Source: Basidiobolus meristosporus CBS 931.73 (Eukaryota; Fungi; Basidiobolomycota). From it: a DNA stretch of 64,000 nt. The translations under genes and the position numbers were made by a program. Location: assembly GCA_002104905.1 (NCBI GenBank), contig MCFE01000038.1, positions 124,001 to 188,000 on the forward strand, read 5' to 3'. Below, piece after piece: positions 52,727 to 63,707 of the stretch (position 1 is its first letter; each line of letters opens with the position of its first letter). The notes under the pieces are model-generated. The model worked only from the letters and a program-made list of their open reading frames with translations, was not told the origin of the DNA and made no database searches.

Positions 52727-54624
52727 ATGGCAGAAACGCTGCTGTCAATGGGGAAAGCACAGCCTCTGGAAGCCGACAAACAGAGCTCACCAACAATCGG
52801 CCAAAATCCCTTGGCCCAGTTGATCGGGTCAGGTGTGGTATACGACTTGATTAAGCCAGAAGTGATAATTGGTCGCCAGAGCATGGATCTTGAAGACAAT
52901 GCAAGCCAAGATTGTATATTGATTGGGGATAAGAGAGTATCACGGAAACATGCCCGGATCACTTACGACTCTAAAACGAAAGACTGGTACCTTTGGGTTC
53001 ATGGTAGAAAAGGGGTTAGTGTGAATGGAAAGCTCTATTTACCTGACAACCAGCAGCCTATACTTCTCAAGTCTGGGTAACTGTATTCATCAGTATAGAT
53101 CAGCTAATAATTTACTAATGCCCATTCCAAAGCTCCAGCGTATCCATTATCTGTTACAACTTTCAGTTTCAAACATCCGTCGACGAAGCGAATCCTAGAG
53201 CTATGAAAGTGCCTACTACGCCACCGAGACGGCTCGAAATAAGTACCGATTTCTACCACAAACCAGTTACACCTGTATCTCCTACTACTCCCAACATGCA
53301 GAAGAACAGCCAAGAAAAGATGCAATATCGTCCTATCGCAATTCGAGATATCCTGTCACCAGATGCATCCCAACGTGGAGGGCCTCTAAAAAATCAGCCT
53401 ACCTTGTACTCCCCCATCACACCATATTCCCCTTTCAGCCCACAGTTGTATAATATACAACCGAACAACATGTACACTACTGAGAATAGAAGGATATCTT
53501 GGAGCCCCATTACAAACACAAGAAGCGCCTTCAATGGATCCACTCCGAATATCACACCCACCAGGAATACCTCAATCCTACCTAAACCCAAAGATTCCGG
53601 CCTCGAAAAAGACACAGAAACAGGATTTGAGTCGAACGGAAAACCACCTGCTTCTCAGGAAGATGGAAAGCCCCCGTACTCCTATGCTCATTTGATTGCC
53701 GAGGCGATCACCTCATCGCTCAACAAGAAAATGACCTTGGCGGGAATATACGACTACATCTCCACCCATTATGACTACTTCAGGAACAGCACTATAGGAT
53801 GGCAGGTTGGTTACAAACATAAAATTGGTTTGCTGGTAACTTTGAAAAACTGACATGCCTATGCCGATGATCCCTAGAATTCGATTCGTCATAATTTGTC
53901 TTTGAATAAGGCTTTTATGAAGGTTCCCAAAGGACCTAACGAGACTGGAAAGGGTATGTTTTGGCAGATAGCACCTGGGTACGAGGAGGCAGTAGATAGC
54001 TCCCTAAAGTCAAATTATCGTGGGTTGAAGTCGCCGAAGGCCAAGATTAAACATTGTGGAGGGCAGTCGCGGAAGGTGAAGACGGACCTTGCACATTCTC
54101 CCACAAAGGTAACTCCTCTGAAGCCAATTGCGCCAACGTTACAAGCCTATTCGAGTCAGAGCCTCGGCAGGTTCGACAAGAAGATAGCTCCTCTGAACTA
54201 CAATGGGTCTAGACGAGTTTCCATTGGGTTTCCAGTAGAATCCCAGTTTTATCTACAAGAGAATGACCCATTCTGCTCAAGACCAAGAAGTAATAGTACC
54301 CCGGATCGCATGAAGCGTCTTATTCCCAAGTACACTGCCGCCCACCCGCTGGGATTGCTCGATCCCCAGAAAATCATGCAAACCATGCCAGTTCAGTACT
54401 ATGGCCTGAAAATGATGTTTTCCCCACCCAATATCCCTTATGAACACCTTTCTCAAGCAGAATCGCACAATCACGAATACGAAGGTAGTGTACATAAGTG
54501 GCCCCAGCTTGTGCCTGCCAAGAAGAATAGAAATTCAAGCAACATGGATCCAATAAGGGCAGTCACAGGCTATGCATCGTCCAACCACAGGGACTCTAGT
54601 AAAGAACAAAATCAACGTTCCTAA
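52727..54624 (+). CDS. FHA + forkhead transcription factor (Fkh1/Fkh2-like), 3 exons
   Basis: FHA: IGRQ...VSRKHARI...GRKGVSVNG. Forkhead: [14 protein letters not shown]...[11 protein letters not shown]...GWQ|[15 protein letters not shown]...GKG.FW. Both introns traced. Confidence 0.92.
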
Positions 54625-55314
54625 TGCTTAGGGTTAGGAAGAGTCCTGACATAATGCATCTATGTTTAGGAATCCGGGCAATGCCCGTAAATACCAAGGC
54701 GTTAGCCACTTGTACAGGAAACAACTTGTAGAAAATGAAGTCAACTTTACATTCATACCTTTAATTTATGACTTACCATGGCTATTTCAGACCTCTCAGC
54801 ATCAATTCACTTGCCAGACAGATACAAGGCAGCACTATGCAACAATCCACTCAATAATCAGTCGAGCAGGAAAAATTATACTGATATGAACGCCACTGTG
54901 CGCTAGCGGCCCCTCGTTTGATAAATCGCCGTTGGCATATGGGACGGCGAAGGCAAAGATTAATGGATATTGGTGTCCTCAGAGGACAGATATGTGGTCC
55001 ATGAAAGGGGTCGTGCCAGTTTTTGCTATCTGTTGTGATGCTCCTGGACCATCAATTGCGATTTCGCTGCAGAATAAACTGATATCAATACGAAACAAAC
55101 CAAGTGGCCCCATTCCATGTATGGACACATAGACGATTGTGTAGAGTTATATTATCAAGTTGATAGCTATACATATATATGTCATTGGATAGAAACGATA
55201 GGCAAATATCTGGTATTATGGTACATAAGTTCAGACGTCAAAAAAGCAGGCTATATAGGCTTGAATCAAAAAGTAGGTAAACTAGTGTGCTATGAGGGAT
55301 ATGTAGGTTAAGGT

Positions 55315-55578
55315 TCAGAGAACAATCTCACTTCTCTCATCATCTTCATAATGATGCGGAAAAGAGATATAATCTGAAGCGAAAGGATCACAAGATTTAC
55401 GACGGAGTGGAGGGCTTCGTAATATATCGGCCACAGAAAACGGATTCCAAGACTCTTTAGGCACTAGAGTTGCTTGAACATTGACCGTGGTGGTGTGGTT
55501 GGTGGACTGGTGAGATTTTAATGGAACTTTCTTTTGGGGTTTTTGTTGTGGTTCAATTTGAAAACAAGCCATCAACAA
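55315..55578 (-). CDS. Small hypothetical protein with a DYISFP motif (87 aa)
   Basis: Complete ATG-to-stop ORF, with a TATAAA-like element upstream (about 55680). C-terminal RRKSCDPFASDYISFP resembles a short motif I recall in small fungal proteins. Confidence 0.5.
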   Translation of the reverse strand: MLMACFQIEPQQKPQKKVPLKSHQSTNHTTTVNVQATLVPKESWNPFSVADILRSPPLRRKSCDPFASDYISFPHHYEDDERSEIVL

Positions 55579-56246
55579 GGTTAGACTTTATTGGGTTTAT
55601 GAAGAGTTGGGTTAGAGTTAGGCTTTAGGGTGATACGCAATTTAGTGAGATAGCTTCACAGGCCACAGCCCCTATTTATACCCGGAATTTACAAGCACGT
55701 AGGACCTCTCCAGGAATGCCACATTCTTTGGTAAATGTTGACACAGCTACATCTCGTCATTCACGTGGTTACCCACCCATTATTAGCAGGTATTCGAATG
55801 CTCCTGGATAATACGTTTAGATGGATATATGTAGTTCTAGTGATTATATAATGTGTGCCATTGCGGGTCCGCTAAAAACAGTGCTCTGTAGTACGCTACA
55901 CCATTTCCTGCACTTCATTCAACGATTATAGAATGTTGCAGGGCCTCTCCAATTCGATTGGTGGCTAGTTCCTTATTGAAGCTGACCATTGATCAATCAA
56001 TCTGATCGATCTAGTCATGGGTGTCGCAGTTCGACATCAGATTTAGAAGTCTCTAGGATGTGACAACATGCCCCACATCACCACCACATTGGACTAGTGC
56101 TTGACACCCGCCATGCTATTTAGATATACATTGGCTGTAGTTTATAAACATTTATTACGGACATATATTACAAACTGATCGATCGCAGTTGTATTCTATC
56201 TGAAATGTAAAGCCGAAACCTCACATACGCGCCATGTAGTGGCTCT

Positions 56247-58346
56247 CTAAATGGGGGTTTCCCGGTCAAGTACCTTTTGAAAGAAATCGGTAGTAAATGT
56301 AGCATCTGATGGCATATCAGGGCCGCATGCCTGCAGGTTCCACCATTTCAAGTCCCTGTCCTTCTTACGGCCCGAAGGCTTGTGCGTGCTGTTGGATTTT
56401 ACAAGCCATGACTCAGCCTTCAACTGCAGGTACGCGATTGCTTCGACGGGAGGTAAAATTCGAGTAGGGATTCTATCAGCATGCAGGCGTTTTCGCTTTT
56501 GCTTAGGAACGTATACATCCTGATGATCCTGATATAGTGAGGTGGACATGGCAAGAGCATACTGAAGATCTTCATCCGACTCTGGTTTGATTCGGCGGGG
56601 CTTGTGAAGAACAACATTCGGTAAGGGTTGAATCACGACATCCTCCGTAAAGTCTTCATCCGCTTCTAGAAAAGCTACCTGGAATTCGCGAAGTTTTTGC
56701 GCCCTAGATGCTTCTGATACCTGTTCAATGGCTGGAGTAGGACTTTGATTGACCCAGTTCTGCTCCACACCAAGTTGATTCATTTGAATGATTAGCTGAC
56801 TGTAGGTCAACTTTCGCAATTTGGCGCAGCATTTCAAATGAAGCATTCGAGCGTCTAATGTTGTCCATTTGAGAAGCCACGGATTTTGACAGCTTGGACA
56901 ATTCGGGATGCTCATGAGACAATGGATTCCTGTGTTGTACACTTCACTCGTTTTTACTGAGGTGGCATCCGTATTTGTTTCGGTGGATTTTGGCTTGGCA
57001 GGAATAATGTGATGCTTGCTATCTAAGCAGGCATTGATATGTAAGCTTTTGCGATCCTCATTCATAAAGGAAATATTCTCCTGACATATTAAACATCTCT
57101 CTACAGCGTTTGTATCCAACAATACGGTCGAGTCGATGTCGGCCATCTTGGGTTGGACGAGTGCGTGCTGTGTGGATATATCAAGACAGTTATTTACATG
57201 ATCTTCTTTGGCTTGGATGCTTTGAAAGGCAACTAAAGGGCATTGGCAGATAGGGCAGATCTCAATTGCTTGCTCTTGAATACTATGATCATTGGTAGGG
57301 CATGACGGGGCAAGAGCTTTTGCTGACTGAGCTTCTAGAGCAATTGTCGCGGGAATATCATCCATTGCATCTTGGGAAGCGATGTCCTCAGTAGCTCGAA
57401 TGTCATATAATCTCTTGGAGTTTTGGCTGCACAGTTGAGGAGAGCAATGACTGTTCATCGATTCCGAGTCTATTAATGAGCTTGTATCTTCATGAAGTTC
57501 GAGCGTTGTGAGGCTCGCTGTCACTTTTCCTTCTTGGGATGTATCCTTTAACACTTCTAGATCTTGGTTGGTTTGATCGGTCCCTTTCTCGTCGCAACAC
57601 CTTGCAGGCTCACCTAACTCTAAATGGAGCGGTGGTGATGTTTCTTGGCTATTCCGATCCTCCCTCAGAATTTTGATACTTGATGGCGTTACTTCCAATC
57701 GACATTTTGCTTCTTCACCGATGAAAGGCTCTTCCAAAGGAAACGCTTGAGTTGGTGGAATATCCTCCTTTTCTTCAGCTAAGAGTCGAGAAGCCAAAAT
57801 GAATTGGTGCTTTGCAGGGGTTTCGTTTTGACTTAAAAATTGCTCCCATTTAGAACCTCGCTCAATTTTTTCCCGGTCATCTTTGATGGTTTCTATTTCC
57901 TCGGAGATGGGTGGAGTATTTTGGGGTTTCTGTGTCGTTTGGCTTAGCTTGATCTTATTTGTCGACCTGAGTGCCAATCTTCGGGGTTTGAAGGTTGAAA
58001 TTGCCGCAGAGCCAAAGTACTTGGACACTAGTGAAGAGTTTAAACCAGAGTCAGTCTTCGACTCTACAACAGGATCACTGATTATTGGCCTTGCAGTCTG
58101 TTTCGTGCTCGAGGAGGCTGAACACCTATCGGCAGAACCAATTATAGAAAACAAAGAACTTTTTCCCCCAGACTTTCCGTTGGAATTCACTTTGATTGTC
58201 CTTCTTCGACTAGTTCCTAAATACTTTTTGTTTGAGGTGCCCCGTTCAGTCGTTCCATTTGTATTTGGAGAAGCCTTTATGGTACTCTTCTCCTTTGAGG
58301 CAGTCTTTATATTAAGATCACGGAAATCGTCGTCGTCGTCATCCAT
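56247..58346 (-). CDS. UBZ zinc-finger DNA-repair scaffold, SLX4 N-terminus-like (about 699 aa, single exon)
   Basis: Three fingers: CPICQ..EDHVNNCLD, CLICQ..SLHINACLD and CPSCQ..MLHLKCCAK, then EDLQYALAMSTS. First ATG at 58346 (MDDDDDDF). Confidence 0.65.
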   Translation of the reverse strand: MDDDDDDFRDLNIKTASKEKSTIKASPNTNGTTERGTSNKKYLGTSRRRTIKVNSNGKSGGKSSLFSIIGSADRCSASSSTKQTARPIISDPVVESKTDSGLNSSLVSKYFGSAAISTFKPRRLALRSTNKIKLSQTTQKPQNTPPISEEIETIKDDREKIERGSKWEQFLSQNETPAKHQFILASRLLAEEKEDIPPTQAFPLEEPFIGEEAKCRLEVTPSSIKILREDRNSQETSPPLHLELGEPARCCDEKGTDQTNQDLEVLKDTSQEGKVTASLTTLELHEDTSSLIDSESMNSHCSPQLCSQNSKRLYDIRATEDIASQDAMDDIPATIALEAQSAKALAPSCPTNDHSIQEQAIEICPICQCPLVAFQSIQAKEDHVNNCLDISTQHALVQPKMADIDSTVLLDTNAVERCLICQENISFMNEDRKSLHINACLDSKHHIIPAKPKSTETNTDATSVKTSEVYNTGIHCLMSIPNCPSCQNPWLLKWTTLDARMLHLKCCAKLRKLTYSQLIIQMNQLGVEQNWVNQSPTPAIEQVSEASRAQKLREFQVAFLEADEDFTEDVVIQPLPNVVLHKPRRIKPESDEDLQYALAMSTSLYQDHQDVYVPKQKRKRLHADRIPTRILPPVEAIAYLQLKAESWLVKSNSTHKPSGRKKDRDLKWWNLQACGPDMPSDATFTTDFFQKVLDRETPI

Positions 58347-58674
58347 AACAAGACATTTCCGGAACACCAGGTATATTGAATAAGCCGTAGTAGGCTGACT
58401 GCAAAAGAGTGTGAAGGGGGAATATCATGTGACTTGATTCGGAACCTGGACTTGATTGGATGCCCATTATTTTGAAAATACTGATTGATTCTCTGGGACT
58501 CAATCTCTAGCAATATTTATTGAGGAGCCACTACGCTCTAGCCGCTCCCTTGGTGCGCGAGGAGAACATCCGATGCAATTATTATTTATTCATAGTCATT
58601 TGGCCCAAGATTAGGAAAACGATACACCAATTAATCCAACACTAGGTGATTCCAGAGCACCAAGAGAATTCACA

Positions 58675-59127
58675 TTAATCGTGATAAATAAATTGGGCTC
58701 CATTGATGTTGAAATCGGCGTAGGTCTTAACATGAGGGCCTTTGTTGAAGTTGAAATTACTAGTGCTCACTGTTCCGTCATCGTTGATTTTTTCTACTAC
58801 AGCGACATGTCCTTGTGATCCGGTGCCTTGGGTAAAGCTTGGTAACACGATGATCGAGGGAACTCTAGGCTCTCTAGAGACCTCCCAACCAGAATGCCTA
58901 CGTGCGTTATTTGCCCACGATTCGGCATTGCCAGCCCATTCGGTGTGATATCCAGTTAGCTGGTAATATCTAGCGTCAGCCCAATCAGTGCATTGCCCAT
59001 TTCCAAAGCGGAACTCCAATGAGTATTCCCGCGCTTTTAGATTCGCGTTATCACGAATTGGTAAAGGATTAACAAAACCAACAAGAAGGACCAGAACAAA
59101 TAGTGTAGTATTCCTAAGGAAAGGCAT
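58675..59127 (-). CDS. Secreted CHAP-domain amidase/peptidase 1 (150 aa, intronless)
   Basis: Signal peptide MPFLRNTTLFVLVLLVGFVNP. CHAP motifs GQCTDWA, GNAESW, PSIIV, GHVAVVE and SNFN. ATG at 59127. Confidence 0.9.
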   Translation of the reverse strand: MPFLRNTTLFVLVLLVGFVNPLPIRDNANLKAREYSLEFRFGNGQCTDWADARYYQLTGYHTEWAGNAESWANNARRHSGWEVSREPRVPSIIVLPSFTQGTGSQGHVAVVEKINDDGTVSTSNFNFNKGPHVKTYADFNINGAQFIYHD

Positions 59128-59223
59128 TGTGTTGGTGGAAAGCGGGAAATTTGGAGAGATCGAATTGACTTGTACACGATGCCACAGAATTGAATGATTG
59201 AGAAACCTCGGCGTTTCCTCATG

Positions 59224-59231
59224 TTTATATA
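59224..59231 (-). promoter_or_regulatory. TATA box of CHAP gene 1
   Basis: TATATAAA about 100 nt upstream of the ATG at 59127. Confidence 0.45.
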
Positions 59232-60678
59232 GAGGCCATGCACTTCCCTGTTTGTTAGAATGGAGATTACCAGGGGGCATCCAGTATGGATTGCAGATGC
59301 AAAGCGGAGGCTGCTCATGCCAACTGAAAACCCTCGTCTATGGTGAGAACACAAGCCCAAGATGCTAATATTTTATGTGCTGTAATAGAGGAATAGGGAT
59401 TTAACGCAGAGTTAAGTTTCCACTGCGTCCTCCTCTTCCCCTTATTTTGCATTCATCCTGACTCGGTGAAAGTCAATACTCTTGCTGAAGTGCAGAGTTT
59501 ATGCATGGGAGCAATTGGTACCTTAAGCCATATGCAAATTTGAGATTTTTCGGTCGTTTAATTAACATGGAAGCTTTCCGGATTATCACATGCGACATAT
59601 TACTCAATCCGGGCCTAGTAAGGTGTTTGACTGGAGGAGGCGCTGTTAATATCTAGCGTTGCTAAAGCCATATTCAATGTAGTCTCAACCTGGATACCAC
59701 CACAGGAAAAGAAATCAATATATAAAGGGATAGATGATACCCATATGCTTGGTATTCCGGTATAATTTCATTTGAGTACCTGGGGCTGGTAAGAAATGAA
59801 AACTCAAGACGCAATCCTCTACATTTGTAAACATGGCGTTTAGATAGATCCTGAGGGCTCCTTACTTTGAGGATGTATAGACAACCTCCTTACAAGTAAT
59901 ACATCAATTTACATGGTGCCACTATGCAGCGAGATAAATATTTCCTTTACCATTCAGTTGATAGCCTATTCCCAACCAACATGTAACACTTCCGAACTCA
60001 TCTAGCTACAAGTGGTGTATCGGCTTTGTTTTATCCAAGAATATAGGGAAACACTGTTACACTCCACCTTCGGCCAATGTAAAAGGAGTAAGTGTTGCGG
60101 CAATAAACAATTCGGCTTACCCAATATGCTGTACGCCCATAACTAGCCTCGGTCCAACTACAAGGTTTACTATGAAGTTGCTAATCACTGCATATCTCTA
60201 ATGATTCCTCTTGTCTATGGTGTTCGCCTCACTTCTGTTACTTTCCCATCCATTGAAGGGCCAGCGGTATGCAGACTTGTGATGGCTCTGCTTGAATACT
60301 ATCTTCGGATTGCATCTCGTCAATGATGCGATACACTCAACTGCTGTGCGCACTACAAGAATTAATACTTCAATGGGTTTATTTAATGTAGCGAGATGAT
60401 TCGGAGACATCCCCAGGAGTACATAGCCTATTCAAAGTATTCTATTGACCTAGATTAATATATATACGTTATATATGTAAGCAAGCCAAGAACAGAACCC
60501 ACTGTGTTTATCTTCTCACAGTTTGCCGAAGTTGCTGATGGATACATACCAGATCGCCACAGCTTTAACTATGCAAGCATCAAAATTTAACAACAAGGGT
60601 AGGGGAGGTAAGCAGCGTTCTTCAGCTCCGGAGGATTGATGCCCGAATTTTCAAGAGGTGGGAATGGGTTCTAAGTAA

Positions 60679-61332
60679 TTACAATGAATTGCCCTGCTGG
60701 GCCTTTTGTTTCTGTCCATTCTTCCACTCGGCTGCCTCGGTCTTTAAAGCTAGCCACCTGTTTTGACAACACTCGGGGGTTTTGCCTTTTACCAATTTAG
60801 AAACCTCCTCCCAATTATCAAACCCGATGCTTTGTATCGCGTTGAGAAGAGTGTCATCTAATTTATGTGTCCACACATTCCAACGAGGGTCTGTTCGCAA
60901 TCCTTGCAAGTACTTGGACTTCAGCTGTGCGCAAGAGCGGGTTTGGAAACCTTCTTTTTGGATGACGGTCCACACGAAACCGTGTTTTAGAACCAGTTTG
61001 TGAAGTAGTTTTTCGTCATCTTCAGTCCATACTTGTGAAGCAGCATATCCCTTGGATTTCATTAACCGTTGTAAGTTTATCTCCGGTTTCAATTTGACCA
61101 GGTAGTGGTAGCGTAGAGTTTGAAGCTGGCGACCAGGAAAACTTCTGGCGATGTAGGACCACTTCTCGCCATATTCATCAACAAGCCGAATCAACCGCTC
61201 GTTCTCCTCTGGTGTCCAATTTAAGATTCGTAGCGTCGAAGTAGTGGAGAATTGGTTTGACCTAGATCTCGTTAAAGCATAGCGAGCAAGTGGGTTGAGT
61301 TTACAAGTCAGGCGGGATTTTAACCAAGACAT
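60679..61332 (-). CDS. Three-repeat Myb/SANT protein with a presequence-like N-terminus (217 aa)
   Basis: WTPEENERL..W..IA..F.GR, WTEDDEKLL..W..I....TRS..Q and WT...D..L...W..VS..V.GKT...C.NRW. Confidence 0.88.
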   Translation of the reverse strand: MSWLKSRLTCKLNPLARYALTRSRSNQFSTTSTLRILNWTPEENERLIRLVDEYGEKWSYIARSFPGRQLQTLRYHYLVKLKPEINLQRLMKSKGYAASQVWTEDDEKLLHKLVLKHGFVWTVIQKEGFQTRSCAQLKSKYLQGLRTDPRWNVWTHKLDDTLLNAIQSIGFDNWEEVSKLVKGKTPECCQNRWLALKTEAAEWKNGQKQKAQQGNSL

Positions 61333-62638
61333 GCTCAGTTAGATTTTATGGCTCCCTGCGAAGGATATTTGAGAAGGACGCAGAAGAAACTCCAATAAAG
61401 GTATCGGAAATCGAAGATCACAGATCAATTTGCTACATCATCATTTGTATGAGTGATATTTCGTAACTAAGCCTAATCCCCATCCTAACCAACATGATTA
61501 GCGTTTCAATAGGTCTATTTAACGAAGGATCATGGATTGGACTGCGTTATTTTGGCTATACAACTTGCTCTCCTGCGACCATCTTGAGACAACCATATTG
61601 GCGGACAACTAAATATTTGCTCAGTATCGGTACCTGAGAATTGGGGAAATTTGCCAACACATTTGAGATATGAATGGCCGAATCAGAGGTTTGAGGGTGC
61701 AACACTTAGCTTTGGCCAGCGTATCACTCAGCCGACGGTGTAGGCCATTCTTGGCATGCTGGTACCATGACTTTTCCTGTCCGAGTTAGATAACACCGCG
61801 AAGGACTACATATGGCCCAGGTGAAGATAAAGGTACAGGTACAGGTGGGAGTACTCTGCCAATGGCTGGACGCGAATGACATCTGAATAACATCAACTCC
61901 AATCCAGTGATTCATTCGGATATGACCAGTAATTGATTAGATGAACAGGTCTTGGTTCGTAAGGTGATACTGAAACTCCTTGATCTCTGTTTGTAACTCA
62001 ATGGTTCGCCCTCCTGATTTAGGACATCAACCGCGAGGGGTTTATGCTCGTTGACGGATTGAATTCAAAGGGTGGAAGGAGCCAGGATTGGATTTAATTT
62101 CAAGACTGGCTCTCAATCGCGGCACCAGTTGAACTTGCAGCACACCCGTGGTACGGATATTCAATACTTCATTGAATTGATTTGATTGTAGTAATTAAGG
62201 TTCCTGCGCACGGGTAATATTAGCCCAACGGGATTCTAATCATATGCCCCATACTCCGATTGAGATGATCGGGATCTCCGTGGAAATGATTCAATCAATT
62301 TGAGCGCAATATGGAGGTCAGGCCCCAAAGGGCAGTTGAGAGATTCTGATTGATTGCAATGATGCTCTGGTCCAGTCAAGGATGCCATGATGTATTACCA
62401 GTTTAGTGGTTTCGAAAGATTCCTTTGAAATTTGGGAAATGCAAATGATTGTTCGAAACGAGGGTCTTCAGCTGCAAGCTAATATCGAAATCCCAGGCCG
62501 TGATTTGACAATCGCGGAATCTTCGTACGAGAAAAAGATCCCACACCAAGAGAATGAAGGGCTCAACAATACGGGTAACGCTCCTGAAAAGGAAGCTTCC
62601 GATGTCGCTCAGTGGCACTATGTTCTTCATTGAACTGC

Positions 62639-62645
62639 TATAAAA
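62639..62645 (+). promoter_or_regulatory. TATA box of CHAP gene 2
   Basis: TATAAAA 97 nt upstream of the ATG at 62736. Confidence 0.45.
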
Positions 62646-62735
62646 TCCCCAGGTCGATGAATCACTACTGTATATTCCGATCTCCCTTGATCATCCCGCT
62701 CGTTAAGAAACTTTCAGGAAAAGTTGTCCCTTAAA

Positions 62736-63707
62736 ATGCATTATTTCTCTCGGTATCTCGTAGTGGCTCTTTGCCTTGGCCTTGCTGTGCAAGCCACCCC
62801 AGTAATGGTAAGCGCCAGCGTCGACGCTAGGTCTTTCCATCCTGAGGCCGCAGGTAGCCCAGGTATTTTTCGCCGCGATAGGCATTCTAGTGGTCATGGA
62901 AGAGGTGGTCGAGGAGACTCTGGTCACAGCATGAAGTCGAGTGATGGTCAGAGCTATGGCGATACGCCTGGCCATAGAATGAAATCAAGTGATGGCCAGA
63001 GTTATGGCAATACATCTGGTTATGGCCATCGTTCTAGGCCCAGCAAGTATGGCGGTGACATGGGCCGTTCTCATGACGTTGGTAAACACAGAAAGCATAA
63101 GGGGAAAAAAGGTCACTCGGACGATGGTGGATACGATGGTGGATACGATGGTGGATACGATGGCGGATACGATAGTGGCAATAGCGATTCAAGTGATGAT
63201 GGCCAGGATGATAATGGTGATTCGTATGGTAACTCTGATTCGGGAGACGACACTGACTCCGGTAACACCAGCACACCCACAGATAGCACCGGCGATCAAA
63301 CCACAAGTGGTAGCACCCAGAATAGCACCGATACTAGCACGAGTGCAGGCACAGGAAAGCTTGAATTCCGCTTCCATAATGGTCAATGTACTGATTGGGC
63401 AGATGCTCGCTATGCTCAACTCACTGGACACCATATCAGCTGGTCTGGAGACGCCCGGACTTGGGCAAGTAAGGCACGAAGTGCCAAAGGATGGACGGTC
63501 TCAGCTACCCCTAAGCAGCCTAGTATCATCGTCTTACAGCCAGGGGTTCAAGGTGCTGGCGGTCCAGGTCACGTTGCGGTGGTAGAGAAAATACTTTCCT
63601 CAACCACGGTCTCGACCAGCAACTACAATTTCAACGGCGGACCATATATCAAGAAAACCGCCACCTTCAAGACAGGAAATGGAGTTGACTTCCTCTGGTA
63701 TGGCTAG
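62736..63707 (+). CDS. Secreted CHAP-domain amidase/peptidase 2 with a long G/S/D/T-rich linker (323 aa, intronless)
   Basis: Signal peptide MHYFSRYLVVALCLGLAVQA, low-complexity linker, and C-terminal GQCTDWA..GDARTW..PSIIV..GHVAVVE..SNYN. Confidence 0.92.
   Translation: MHYFSRYLVVALCLGLAVQATPVMVSASVDARSFHPEAAGSPGIFRRDRHSSGHGRGGRGDSGHSMKSSDGQSYGDTPGHRMKSSDGQSYGNTSGYGHRSRPSKYGGDMGRSHDVGKHRKHKGKKGHSDDGGYDGGYDGGYDGGYDSGNSDSSDDGQDDNGDSYGNSDSGDDTDSGNTSTPTDSTGDQTTSGSTQNSTDTSTSAGTGKLEFRFHNGQCTDWADARYAQLTGHHISWSGDARTWASKARSAKGWTVSATPKQPSIIVLQPGVQGAGGPGHVAVVEKILSSTTVSTSNYNFNGGPYIKKTATFKTGNGVDFLWYG
63123..63173 (+). repeat. 12-bp coding tandem repeat, 4 copies (DGGY)
   Basis: GATGGTGGATAC x3 plus GATGGCGGATAC, inside the CHAP2 linker. 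Confidence 0.9.

Noticed and set aside
54626-55632. TTAGGG-like motifs near 54630 and 55610-55630
   Set aside because: Only one or two degenerate units each, which is compatible with chance. Not a telomeric array.
41311-58346. Apparent cluster of cell-cycle and DNA-repair genes (MLH3, DMA1, forkhead, SLX4-like)
   Set aside because: The genes are separated by unrelated sequence and I found no shared regulatory motif. Such genes are common enough for chance proximity.
57883-58383. 166-aa plus-strand ORF
   Set aside because: Antisense to the low-complexity N-terminus of the UBZ protein.
62989-63585. 198-aa Met/Val/Thr-rich overlapping ORF
   Set aside because: An alternative frame of the repetitive CHAP2 linker and domain.
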